This document shows positions 53,876-64,000 of a stretch of DNA of 64,000 nucleotides, piece by piece. The notes under the pieces are model-generated. The model made no database searches, had not been told where the DNA came from, and saw only the letters and a list, made by a program, of their open reading frames with translations. How positions within the stretch are numbered: position 1 is the stretch's first letter; the number at the start of each line of letters is the position of its first letter. A program made the translations under genes and the position numbers. The stretch is from positions 32,001 to 96,000 of the forward strand of contig CAVOHZ010000006.1 in assembly GCA_963695855.1 (NCBI GenBank), read 5' to 3'. The DNA is from an uncultured Nitrososphaerales archaeon (lineage in GTDB: Archaea > Thermoproteota > Nitrososphaeria > Nitrososphaerales > Nitrososphaeraceae).

Positions 53876-54217
53876 TTGCATTTATATAAAAAATTAACAT
53901 TAATAAATACAATACTTGGGTTATTCATTTCTATTCTTATACTAGTCACATATATTTTTATAAATTCTTTCATAGGTATTCCGATACTAGGACTATTTTT
54001 AGGAGGAACTATTGTGCAGGTTGTTATCTTGATTGCAATAAATTTTTCTGCTCTGTTCGTAATTCTATATTTTAGGAACACCAGAGTGATTGGCGTAGTT
54101 TTGATAATATGTGGAGTCATTGTATTTACGACAATAACTTTTTTAGGAATACCCAGTGTTGTGTTATTTGTTATTTCTGGTATTTTGGCATTAAGGCAAA
54201 AGAGTCTACATACATAA
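53876..54217 (+). CDS. Small multi-TM membrane protein
   Basis: About 4 hydrophobic segments. Confidence 0.6.
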   Translation: MHLYKKLTLINTILGLFISILILVTYIFINSFIGIPILGLFLGGTIVQVVILIAINFSALFVILYFRNTRVIGVVLIICGVIVFTTITFLGIPSVVLFVISGILALRQKSLHT

Positions 54218-54384
54218 TAAATTATCAAGACTTTCATCTCAAAAAATGGCAAAGAAAATTTTTTTTAATTAGAGGAGATGGATATGAAATAAAATAAAAT
54301 TATATTTCATTATGAAATACAAAAAGTAATGTTTAGAATTAAAATGATTAACATGGAAAGAATGAAAGTAAATCTATCTAGTTT

Positions 54385-55038
54385 TTATCCAATTGTATCT
54401 TGCGAGATTTGAGTCGACTCAGACACAGAACTATTGTCTACGATTGAACATGAACCTGCCTTTTTGTCACCTTGATCGGATTTATAGTCAAATATAGTAT
54501 CAAACTGATCACATATAAAAGTGTCCGAACCTAACCCTCCAATTAGTATATCGACGCCGTCGCCTCCATCAATTTGATCGTTTCCATCGCCTCCATCAAT
54601 TTGATCATCACCTCGTCCGCCGTATAATCTATCATCTCCTTCGTTGCCAGTTATTAAATCCATACCCCTCTCACCATCCAATTTGTCATACCCCTCTCCT
54701 CCTTCAATCTCATCATTACCTTGTTCTCCCTTCACAACGTCATCTCCCTCATCACCATCTAATTCGTCATCACCTCGTCCGCCGAATAACATATCATTTC
54801 CCAATCTTCCATTTATTTCGTCATCTCCTTCACCTCCCTTGATTTTATCATCACTACTAGTTCCGTCAATTGAAACATCTATCTCTGGTTTCTCTTGACT
54901 GAATGGGATGTCATTTTGTTCGTCTCCTGATTGAAAATTGTCAACCTGACCCCCTGCAAATTTAATTATTATAGATTCAATAGGAAATGCTAATGAAATT
55001 AAAATTACTAAGATTAAAGTATATGTGGTTTTTGCCAA
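54385..55038 (-). CDS. Secreted RTX/hemolysin-type calcium-binding repeat protein
   Basis: Signal peptide and about 13 consecutive nonapeptide repeats of the GGxGxDxxx type. Confidence 0.88.
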   Translation of the reverse strand: MAKTTYTLILVILISLAFPIESIIIKFAGGQVDNFQSGDEQNDIPFSQEKPEIDVSIDGTSSDDKIKGGEGDDEINGRLGNDMLFGGRGDDELDGDEGDDVVKGEQGNDEIEGGEGYDKLDGERGMDLITGNEGDDRLYGGRGDDQIDGGDGNDQIDGGDGVDILIGGLGSDTFICDQFDTIFDYKSDQGDKKAGSCSIVDNSSVSESTQISQDTIG

Positions 55039-56029
55039 TTCTCTATTACAATTTTTCCTGATTAAATGAATTTAAAAAGACATGTTCTCTAAAATACACT
55101 AACTTATCAGAAATTATTGAACGATGCCTGTAATTTGTTCATTCTAATATTCGTAACTTCGAGATTTTATTTTTTTATCGGGAGGGGAATTCAAACCTTT
55201 ATTCATAAAATATGCGTTCTACATTGTAGTATTAAAACATTTAACATCAGTTAAATGGAATGTTAAAATTTTAGTGTTGATTTCATTTAAAATATTCCTA
55301 AAATATGAATTTATAAATAATACGTAACTAATTGAAGATTTTCATAGATACGATCCAGTCAAATATAAAAATTGCATCAAGATTCTATTGAGATCTATTT
55401 TTGACTATATATAGGAATATAGAAATCATATGGATTTGTATATGAAGGAAACACACACTTTTGTAGTTTTACTGAATGATTATCAATTCTGTAACAAATC
55501 TACGTACATATTAGTAAATTAGTTCAGTTAAACAATAGAATATATAATTATTGGTGAACTATTTATAGTAATATGATTATTTATAATAATATCATTATTA
55601 TTAAATAATTAATTGGTAAATGGTAAATTGTTTATATTGTACAAAAATTCAGTTCGAAAAACTGAGAATGTCAAATTTGTTTTAATTGCCTCTTTTGTTT
55701 CTTGCTTATTAATTCTATCCTATATAATAACGTCCATTTCATCACAAGAAAAAAATGATCAAATGACCAAATTTATTCAAACTATTTCAGATTCTATAAT
55801 TTTTATCTTTTCGCCAGTAAAAACACTAGATGAGATAGATTACGATCCATCTGACTCTTAAGGTCTCAGTCTATATTGGAAATCAGTTAACAGAATATTA
55901 ATTATGATCTATGATGAAAAAGATAAAGCAATCGCTCTTTTTGAAAAATATTTCGGTCAAGATTAAAGCTATATAGTATAGACTAAAGATGTATTTACTT
56001 TAACTACATATCCTCCTGATAGTTGGTGT

Positions 56030-56500
56030 ACAAGCGTTCTTCGAAAGTTTAGATGGAATAGGAAGAATAATGTGATGTGTCAATATCGTCAGTCTTATAA
56101 CATAAAGAAGGACGGGGATTACCGGTTATAATAGAAGTACGTTAGTAAGGAATGTGAAAGAAGGTTGAAAGACAAAACAGGTAACGTATACTCTTATTCA
56201 CATATGCCACTGAATATATGGTTTTTTGGTAAAATATCTATACTTTGTACTCTGGCTTGGATGTTCAATAAGATTCATCATTCGAGTAAGTTGTATACTC
56301 TTCAAGATGATACAGATTTATCAAAATAGTTATTGCAAAAATATCATCATCGTCATTACTATCTTCTTCTCACTCTACTAAACTTGGGTGGCGATGTTGA
56401 AGTCGATGAACTCTATCAAAGCAGGATTTAAACGTAAATAATACCATGATGATACACTAAAATCAGAAGTAAAACCTAGATTACGGCGCCTCAAACCATA
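56030..56500 (+). mobile_element. Decayed IS1595-family transposase remnant
   Basis: RKFRW...MC...SYNIKKDG.Y...KY..KEC.R...DKTG.VYSYSH.PL..WF Zn-ribbon relic and GGDVEVDELY near 56390; multiple stops and frameshifts; boundaries approximate. Confidence 0.7.
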
Positions 56501-56963
56501 GAAAGATTAGAATGATTCCATTATGTTAGTGGGATTGTCAAAAAAATTTATTGGTGCATACGAATTAGATTAGTTAATTCTTGCTCTAATGATGAGTTTG
56601 ATGTTAACCGGACAAGAAATTTTCTCACTAAAAAAAATATACTTAAATAAAAAGAAATTAAGCAAAAAAATAAATAAATAAAAAAATAAATAAATAAAAA
56701 AAATATCCAATTTTTACTTTAAAATTTTTTAATTTCAGTGTTTATGTGAATATCTAGTTTCTAAAACAGGTATTGAAATTTTTTTAAATAGCAACAATTT
56801 GTAAAGATGAGGTGCAAGGTTCTCGAATAGAACCTCGGAACGTTGTTGATCAAACGTAGTTCCATATTTTAATAAAACTATTAATTTAATAACTATACCT
56901 TGATATTTCAAGACTCTTTTCAATAAACACAGATATAAGTAAATGTTGTATTATAGAAACACA

Positions 56964-57227
56964 ATGTCCGATAATATTGAGAAAAGGACAGATTTACTTA
57001 CACCACAATTATTGAAAACTCCAGTAGGTAAAAAAGTTACATATGAATTCCTAAAATCCTTATCGGGAGGATTTCCACTTGACGATGCGTTGCAGAAGGC
57101 AAATGCAATTGCACAGCAAGACGGTTCCTTATTACCATTTCAAATCTCTTTTATTCTAGACTTGTTAAATATTTTGGGTCCTACAGTTATTAAATTTTTT
57201 AGCGATTTTAAAAATAAAAGAAACTAA
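56964..57227 (+). CDS. Small hypothetical protein
   Basis: 87-aa ORF with an amphipathic C-terminal helix. Confidence 0.5.
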   Translation: MSDNIEKRTDLLTPQLLKTPVGKKVTYEFLKSLSGGFPLDDALQKANAIAQQDGSLLPFQISFILDLLNILGPTVIKFFSDFKNKRN

Positions 57228-57860
57228 TTATTTTACTTATATTGGACATTAAAATTTGGATTAAGGACAAACTTAAACTTTAAAAAGAAGCTTATTGCAA
57301 TAATATATCTAAAAAAAATAAATTCATCCCATAGTACCAGATAACGAAGTAACTCAACTACAGCCTTTAGTGAATAAGCTGAACGTGGTAACTGGTCTAT
57401 CGACTGAACTTATGGCCAATTCAATTTTAAAGAGTGATAATAAACATATATTGATTGATATCAATAGAGATGGAACCGTATGGGTTAAACGCAACTCATT
57501 GAATACGTGAACATCCAGTTAGTTGACAGTATATATAGACGTTCACTTCCGACCCCCCAAGAACTACTTGAGGGATAGTATATTATATGACCAATTTATA
57601 ATATAAATTTATTATTTATAGACTGAATACTTAGAAGTGTTGCGTTTGACGAAGTAATCTCTATATAGATATTTCATGTCTTGCCTAACTTTAATACAAT
57701 TCATGGCGAGTGTTGCATGTTGCGTGTCGCCGGGCCTACTCTGGCCCTATTTGGCAATATGGTCATAATTGGTCTTCTTTATGTATCTCTCATATCGTAA
57801 ATAATTCCTGTTCTCTGCTACTTTCTACAAGAGAACCATAAAAACACTTCGCTAACACAT

Positions 57861-57881
57861 TGGGCCCAGAGGGATTTGAAC
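57861..57881 (-). other. tRNA 3'-end fragment, putative att site
   Basis: Minus strand reads G-TTCAAAT-CCCTC-TGGGCCC-A (T-loop, T-stem 3' strand, acceptor strand, discriminator); no 5' half upstream. Confidence 0.7.
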
Positions 57882-58259
57882 TTTACTAATACAAGGGTTC
57901 AGTAGTAAAGAAGGTAATTAATATTGATTTCATATAGAAGCACATAAAATAATCATCATCTAGAAATGGTAAATTTCATTCGGGTTCGGTGGAATGATGT
58001 AGAAATTTCAATACAGTTCTCTCCTAAAGACAAGTAAAAAATATTTAAAATTGCAACCAATTTAAGTTAAAAGCCATAGTCCTCTACATATCAAGTCTAC
58101 TGCCCCAACAAATTACAGAAGGGTATGACAGATGTGAATATTCAGTCAGTAGATAATTGTTGTCTTTACTGATAGGTAAGCCAATGCATGGCACAATTTT
58201 GATTCCTATACTCCTGATTGTTATTATATGCTGTTATTGCTCAAATAAAAATTCAACAT

Positions 58260-58981
58260 TCATAGCAGCATCTTTGCTAACCCCAAGCAACGTCGCAGTT
58301 TAGAAAATACAAGTTTTACACCATATTTCAGTAGCAATGGTCTGAGAGAAGACATTATCTTTGCTTCATCAGGTTTATGATGCGCTCCTGATGATTCAAC
58401 TACAGGTTTATGTAATGCACAAACAATGTTTCTATAACCTGCGGTCTTCGCCTGGGCTAACCCCTGTTCTATCTCCTTTGCTGTTGAAGGACCTTCCGTA
58501 TCAATAAATACAACAGCCAGGCCCCTGTTAACAGGATGCATGAATGTCCATTTACTTTGACCGAATGCTCCAAGATAATCATCTCCATCATGGTTTCCTA
58601 TTGCTCCCTTAAACTTTCCCTTGTACGGCGCAAGGTGACCACTAATCCATGACGAACCGCTACCGCTGTAAGCATAATCTCCCATACCTATGACAAAGCT
58701 TACTCCGTGTTTCTGCATATTTGCTACCGTCTTCTGTGTCTGGCTGCTCTTATCCCAATCACCCGCTGCTCCTTTACATTTCCTGCCATAGGCGCATTTC
58801 CTACTGGAGCTGGTCCTGCAGGACCTATAGGTAATCCTCCTCCAGGTTGGGAAAGAGGAATCTTTGAACCTATACCATGAAGTATCTGGTCAATACCCTG
58901 ACCTGGAAAGAATTTATTATAAAGAATATAACGGATAAATGCTATAGCTCCAAAGGTTATTATGGAATTTACTGCTGACAT
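58260..58981 (-). pseudogene. Frameshifted membrane-anchored calcineurin-like metallophosphoesterase
   Basis: TM and Pro/Gly linker; frameshift near 58772 into GAAGDW...GDYAY...GNHD...HKP; the terminal GHxH motif is missing. Confidence 0.75.
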
Positions 58982-59055
58982 TATTAGCGAACCATGCTAG
59001 GATTAAAAAATTGTAAAATAAACTTTTATTAATTAGCAGAAGAAATTTATTATAT

Positions 59056-59265
59056 ATGACGATGTATCCAGAGTCAATTGACGATATTTGGGTAAATCAT
59101 AATGAATCGTTTACATGTGACAATTGGTACTGCAGGAAGGAATTTAATGAAGGAAAAATCGATATGGCGAATAAGAGAAAATTATGTATTAACTGTTACA
59201 GACAATTTATGAGTTATGAGTTGAACAAGTTTGAATTTGTACAGGATTTTAAAGGTCATAAATAA
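59056..59265 (+). CDS. Small Cys-rich putative Zn-finger protein
   Basis: CDNWYC...LCINCY. Confidence 0.55.
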   Translation: MTMYPESIDDIWVNHNESFTCDNWYCRKEFNEGKIDMANKRKLCINCYRQFMSYELNKFEFVQDFKGHK

Positions 59266-59715
59266 TTAACGAGTCATTAGATAAGGATTGTAATTGTAAT
59301 AATCGTAATTCATCCTGTTCAATCTTCTGTTAAAAGACCATGATGTTTGACGAAATGCGCCGATACTTAAATATTCACTTGCACTATCATGGTTTCCTAA
59401 TGCAGCTATTGCATCCTTACCGTTGATTGGTTTCATTACCTGGGTCCACCATTGCTTAGGATTTTGTTGATAACCAAAATCTCCTGCTATCAGAATAATA
59501 TTGGGACTACCAGAAGCAAGATTCTGCGCTGTTTGTGAATTTTGAGATATATCGCCAACCACATTAAATGTAAATGCTGAAAGTCCAGAATATGAACCTG
59601 GAATATTACTAGCTGATACTCTTTGTTCCTGTTTAAGATTAATTTTGGGAAGAATATTAGTAATCAAAAAATAACCAAATAACCCTACTGCGCCAATAGT
59701 AAGGAGAGAATCCAT
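59266..59715 (-). pseudogene. Second, truncated membrane-anchored metallophosphoesterase
   Basis: N-terminal TM, VVGD, AGDFGY, LGNHD, then ends. Confidence 0.7.
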
Positions 59716-59986
59716 TTCACCGAAATTATTATCAAACCAATAACCAAAAATTAACAACATAAACTTTTAGGTCAAAAAAAAGAAAGAGAGGTTTCGACAA
59801 AAAGAAATAATGATGTATTATATCAGTGTGAATAGATTTTGAAAATAGTAAGTATAATAACAAATAATAGCATATAATTATTTGATTTTCATAGTTCTTC
59901 TTAATAAAACAATACTTTTTAATTTGCTTAATAAAATAAAATAAAGATTAATAAATATATAATATAAAAAATACCATAGATTATTA

Positions 59987-60013
59987 GACTAGGTTATATA
60001 TTAAAACCTAGTC
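59987..60013 (-). terminator. 9-bp-stem hairpin downstream of the phasin-like gene
   Basis: gactaggtt-atatattaa-aacctagtc. Confidence 0.4.
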
Positions 60014-60049
60014 GATTTTTGGTTACTGCTGGTATTTATTATTTCTAAA

Positions 60050-60658
60050 TCATTGTCTATTAACTGATTGTCCTACTGATTTTATGTAACTAGTATTTGT
60101 TCTTACCAAATCCTTTAGATTGTCGCGTGTTTGTTCTAATGCTGTATTATATATCCTCATATTTGATGCTAGAGCGTTGTTTATGAGATTACTAGTATTT
60201 AACAGGTAACTTGTAAAGTTATTCACCAGTACTGCGTGGTTTTCAACAATTTTCTGTGGATTATACCAGTCCCATAGTCCGGTAAAGTTCACACCACTGT
60301 TTTTATCTACTTGTGGTGATTGAAAAGAGTTTATTACTTCTTTTTCTGCTTCAATAAAGTCAGAGGCAATATCTTTTATAGTTTGAATAGTTTGTTCTTG
60401 ATATTCAGCAATACGTTGTGTGTATTTTGGAATTTCTCGTGTAGCTTCATCAGTAGTTCTCTTTATATTATGTAAGGTGTTGTCGAGTGTCTTGTTTATT
60501 ACATCTTGTTGTTGATTTAAAGTGTTATTGTAGTCTCTATTTGCTCTTTCATTGAAATTACTGTGGTCTTTGTTAAATTTAGTTGTATTTCTTTCATTAA
60601 ATTCTTGTTCATTTACAGTTATATTTTCATTTCTTTTTATTTCTTCTTTTGTCATCAT
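60050..60658 (-). CDS. Amphipathic helical protein, putative phasin
   Basis: QQQDVINKTLD.T..NIKRTTDEA.REIPKYTQ.I.EYQEQTIQ..KDIA.DFIE..KEVINS; likely start MMTKEE. Confidence 0.6.
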   Translation of the reverse strand: MMTKEEIKRNENITVNEQEFNERNTTKFNKDHSNFNERANRDYNNTLNQQQDVINKTLDNTLHNIKRTTDEATREIPKYTQRIAEYQEQTIQTIKDIASDFIEAEKEVINSFQSPQVDKNSGVNFTGLWDWYNPQKIVENHAVLVNNFTSYLLNTSNLINNALASNMRIYNTALEQTRDNLKDLVRTNTSYIKSVGQSVNRQ

Positions 60659-61121
60659 TATATATGCGTTACTAAGGTATATAAACGTAGGTAATGATGT
60701 CCAGTGCATAGTCATATTTATTTATTTTTGTAGGACCTACATATTTGTATAATTGAAGGTAATATATTTGCAATTACCATAATTACAAGTAAAGGAGATG
60801 ATATAAGTACTGAACTATGCGTAATGCAATTTATCAATTCTTGTTTTCTAGTATATTGATTCAGGAATATCTGTAACTTGACTATATTAAAAGTAAAAAT
60901 TAGATAAAATTATAAAAAATATATATATAATAGATATTCTTTACAAGTTTTATATTACTAGCAATTTAGTCATATGTTTTATCAAAAAAAATTGAAATCA
61001 TCTTTAACATTCATTAACTATGAGCGGCGTTTTTAGATGACAACTTTATATCTGCGATAATTTGGTATAAAATAGAATTTAGTTAAATATAGCATTTTGT
61101 GGCATATAAAACAAGTAGCAG

Positions 61122-61676
61122 ATGACTAATTCATCTTTTCCACAATTATCTGGTAAACTAGTCAATTTAAGAGAACTTTCAATGGAAGATGCTACAAATA
61201 TATTAAATCTTATGAGTTATGATATAGCTAAATATCTTTATGAAGTTCCACATCCTTATAAAATAGATGATGCTTTAAAATTTATTAAATCTAGTTGTGA
61301 TGATTTTAGGCTACATAAATCCATAATCTTTGCTATAGACTATAAAAATAAATTTCAATCAGTTCATCTACTAGTTGGAATTATAGCTATTAAAGATATT
61401 GATTATGTTAATAAAAAAAAAGCAAATATAGGATACTGGATTGGTCAACAATATCATGGTAAAGGCATAGCAACAGAATGTATTGAACTAGTGGTTAACT
61501 ACGCATTTGACGTATTGGGATTGAAAGAGATTTCAGCTTATGTTTTTCCAGAAAATAAACCTTCTATAAGAGTTTTGGAAAAAAATGGTTTTGTAAAGAC
61601 AAAGAAAGTAAATGAATACCATACTATCTCAAATAGTTGTAGAAATTCTTTAGTTTATATAATAAAAAAATACTAA
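61122..61676 (+). CDS. GNAT acetyltransferase (RimJ/RimL-like)
   Basis: IGYWIG..Y.GKG.ATE, N.PS.RVLEK.GF. Confidence 0.9.
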   Translation: MTNSSFPQLSGKLVNLRELSMEDATNILNLMSYDIAKYLYEVPHPYKIDDALKFIKSSCDDFRLHKSIIFAIDYKNKFQSVHLLVGIIAIKDIDYVNKKKANIGYWIGQQYHGKGIATECIELVVNYAFDVLGLKEISAYVFPENKPSIRVLEKNGFVKTKKVNEYHTISNSCRNSLVYIIKKY

Positions 61677-61769
61677 ATAGTAAATTGTAAAGTTGAATGA
61701 ACAAAATACACCCATCCTCATTTTCTATTTCACGTAAAATTTTAAATAATTTCAGCACTTATATCGTCA

Positions 61770-61793
61770 CGGGCCCGTCGGGAGTAACACCGA
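61770..61793 (-). other. Degenerate tRNA 3'-end fragment
   Basis: Minus strand TCGG-TGTTACTC-CCGA-CGGGCCC-G; TCGG/CCGA can pair as a T-stem; loop is degenerate. Confidence 0.4.
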
Positions 61794-61948
61794 TAGCGGT
61801 TCTAAAAAGGGAGTCCAATATTAGAGTAAAAGAGATAATATTTAAGAACTTATTTTATTGCAAATTGTGAAGATAATAACAAAGGTAAAAGATTGCTAGA
61901 ATAGTAACCAAGGTTAGAAATACTATTGATTCACATATTATAAAATTA

Positions 61949-62218
61949 TTAGTTATTGTTTTTTATGGTAGTCGGTTGTCGTGATAATTCTCCAATTTCA
62001 CTATGTATTTTAAGAAAGTTTAAACCTTTTTCTGTAGTCTTGAATTTGTGAACCCCATCAAGCTATTCTATTAGATTGTTTTCTATCAAAATAGAAAAGT
62101 ATTCTTTTAACTGGTTATAACTTAGAAAAGCCTTATACATAATTTTTGTCTTGGTTGCTCCTCCATTTGCAGCATCAAGTATATTAGCCACTATTTCCGT
62201 TCTACTTCTATATTTCAT
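61949..62218 (-). pseudogene. Winged-helix regulator (HTH_45-like) with an internal stop
   Basis: MKYRSRTEIVANILDAANGGATKTKIMYKAFLSYNQLKEYFSILIENNLIE*LDGVHKFKTTEKG; TAG at 62063-62065. Confidence 0.8.
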
Positions 62219-62946
62219 ATTATTATCCAAGTGATTTATATTAATATGATGTGAAAGGATAGGTTAAGACTGCTAAATATTGGATGTTCTAATACTAATC
62301 CTTGCTCTACAAAATAATACTTTAGCGATTTGTTTTAGTACCTGTAAACAGCTCTAGTACTTCAAGCTTATCATCATCCAACATTATTGGATGATTCAGA
62401 AAAATTTCATCTTCAACTATATTTTGCTCTCAATGAATATATGTAATACTTGTTCTTTGCCACAGCCGTAGTGTTATCAGGCCGTGACCCTTCTAGTTGT
62501 GTTTGTTGTGTAACGATGTAAGTTTTTCCCATTTTCATCCTGCACTAACCATCCTATCTCTTTTAGAATTCTATTATCGATAGAACAAACTTTTTATTGT
62601 GATTACATTTGTTTGGGATATAGCTTATACCAAGACTTCGATTATTACTTAAGGTATGTATAGCTATATAGTTCTAGTTCTTTAATTCTTTCAGAATAGC
62701 GACCATTTGGGGAAAATTTTAGCGTAGCTATTCATCTTACCTAATATTCACATGACTTACAATAGTTTTACATTATGGAGACGATAAAAACCTTAATCCA
62801 TTTAAATGATTATAAAGTGATTAATATTTGAAGTAACTTCGATACTATTAGTTACTATCAGACAACAAAAATTCTTATCTACTTATGGCTAAAGTTTGTT
62901 CAAATACTAGTAATTTTATAATAGATAAGAGGTTATTTCCCAAAAA

Positions 62947-63345
62947 TTACTTTTTGTATACGACTTTATCAGCTAATCCTATTACTTCTCTACCCTTATT
63001 TGTTAAAGAATTATAAATCCTTGGTTTCCCTCGCCCAGGAGATTTTTCTTTCTTTACTTGTCTTTCAATCAAACCTAAATTTGTTGCTCTTTTCATTAAG
63101 GATTGTCCATATCCCCAACTTCCCATAGTACTAAGTAATTCTCTTGTGTGCAATTCTTTGTTCTTCTTTAGTATTCTCAATAATGGAATAAGAGGACGGT
63201 CATTTAGCAGAACTTTAAGTATGTTTAATTGTACGGTTATAGGAACTGATTTTGTTTCTTTTACTTCCTTCGCTGTTGTGATATTTTTAGTAGACTGTTT
63301 AGAACTTTTTGGACTAGTACCATTAGACATACTATTTAGTATCAC
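62947..63345 (-). CDS. Winged-helix DNA-binding-like protein
   Basis: L.TRELL...LGLIER......GRGKPRIYNSLT.KG. Confidence 0.6.
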   Translation of the reverse strand: MILNSMSNGTSPKSSKQSTKNITTAKEVKETKSVPITVQLNILKVLLNDRPLIPLLRILKKNKELHTRELLSTMGSWGYGQSLMKRATNLGLIERQVKKEKSPGRGKPRIYNSLTNKGREVIGLADKVVYKK

Positions 63346-63422
63346 TTTTAAGAATAATAAATGCTTTGTTGCCTAACTTACTATTCCTAACACATTTAGC
63401 TAGCCTATTCTAGTCATAATAC

Positions 63423-63715
63423 ATGTGAACTGGAAGAAGTACAATGAATTTCTTGTTAAACGTGGCGAGGTATTATTTGGTTTTGACGTTATAGATAACT
63501 GGGATACTGAATTCGAAAAGATGAATGAATGTAAAAAGGTAGGAAATTTGTATATCCAGATTCATTTATCAAGATATTGGGATACATGAGAGCATACTTT
63601 CATTTACCATATATACAGACTGAAGGAGTAGTACGAGAACATGCTGCAAATACGTTACCATCAATTGCTGATTATAGCAGAATTTGAAGAAGAATAAACA
63701 AATTAAATATAACGC
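63423..63715 (+). mobile_element. IS5-family (IS903/ISH1-like) transposase 5' remnant
   Basis: NWKKYNEFLVKRGE...W..E...MN; then YPDSFI......FHLPY.QTEG...DYS.I*RR.NKL; frameshifted and truncated. Confidence 0.8.
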
Positions 63716-63762
63716 TATTGTTGTTCAATGTCTTAATTTTTTAATTTATTAAACAAACTAAA

Positions 63763-64000
63763 TTATACTCTTTTTATTTCTATTTCTATCGTAGAAACAT
63801 TTCTTGTTCTACCATCTTCTGATTGAACGGACTCGGAACCTATTTTTACATCACCAATAGCGTAGCCTATCTTCTCCATCCGTCTCAAAATTATTTGTGA
63901 AACATCAACTGCTATGCCAATACTTAATCCTCTTGCCTTAATGGTGACTGTTGGCTGATTTGCTAATTGAATTAATGTTGAGGTAACATATACCATCAAA
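63763..64000 (-). CDS. albA: Archaeal chromatin protein Alba; 5' end beyond the window
   Basis: IKARG.SI..AVDV, KIGSE.....DG..RNVSTIEI. Confidence 0.9.
   Translation of the reverse strand, partial: LMVYVTSTLIQLANQPTVTIKARGLSIGIAVDVSQIILRRMEKIGYAIGDVKIGSESVQSEDGRTRNVSTIEIEIKRV

Noticed and set aside
54385-55038. RTX toxin
   Set aside because: Only Ca-binding repeats with a signal peptide; no toxin domain or type I secretion genes
56665-56705. (A)nTAAATAAAT short repeats
   Set aside because: Low-complexity AT tract
57861-57881. Complete tRNA gene
   Set aside because: No D-arm, anticodon arm or 5' acceptor strand upstream

Overview
AT-rich archaeal chromosomal segment, most likely from a soil ammonia-oxidising archaeon (Nitrososphaeraceae-like). 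This is inferred from Alba, the class III phaEC genes, short parvulin, DUF6659/DUF1059-type small proteins and the TATA-like promoter architecture. From 0.8-18.5 kb lies a storage-polymer/phosphate region: a PPDK-like protein lacking its pyruvate-binding domain, apparently co-transcribed with a large PhoU/DUF47-tailed protein; a divergent PhaE-PhaC fusion; sixA-sixA-ppx plus a tandem thymidylate-kinase-like (PPK3-like) pair; decayed phoU; orphan pstB; a Lys-rich repeat protein; and a third SixA. It also carries an IS5/ISL2-type element, and an IS630 follows at 19.1-20.3 kb. From 20.5-24.8 kb is a CcdA/redoxin module whose two promoters share a 4 x 11-bp phased repeat. A Moco and Mo/W-uptake cluster occupies 25-32.6 kb, followed by housekeeping and surface genes to 48.5 kb. 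A second PHA locus (hydrolase, phasin-like gene, C2H2 microprotein, phaE, phaC) lies at 49-54 kb. The 56-64 kb end is a decayed mobile-DNA region with IS remnants, tRNA 3'-end fragments and broken metallophosphoesterases, ending in Alba. No rRNA, complete tRNA or CRISPR array was seen. All family calls come from motif recognition by eye; no database searches were run.
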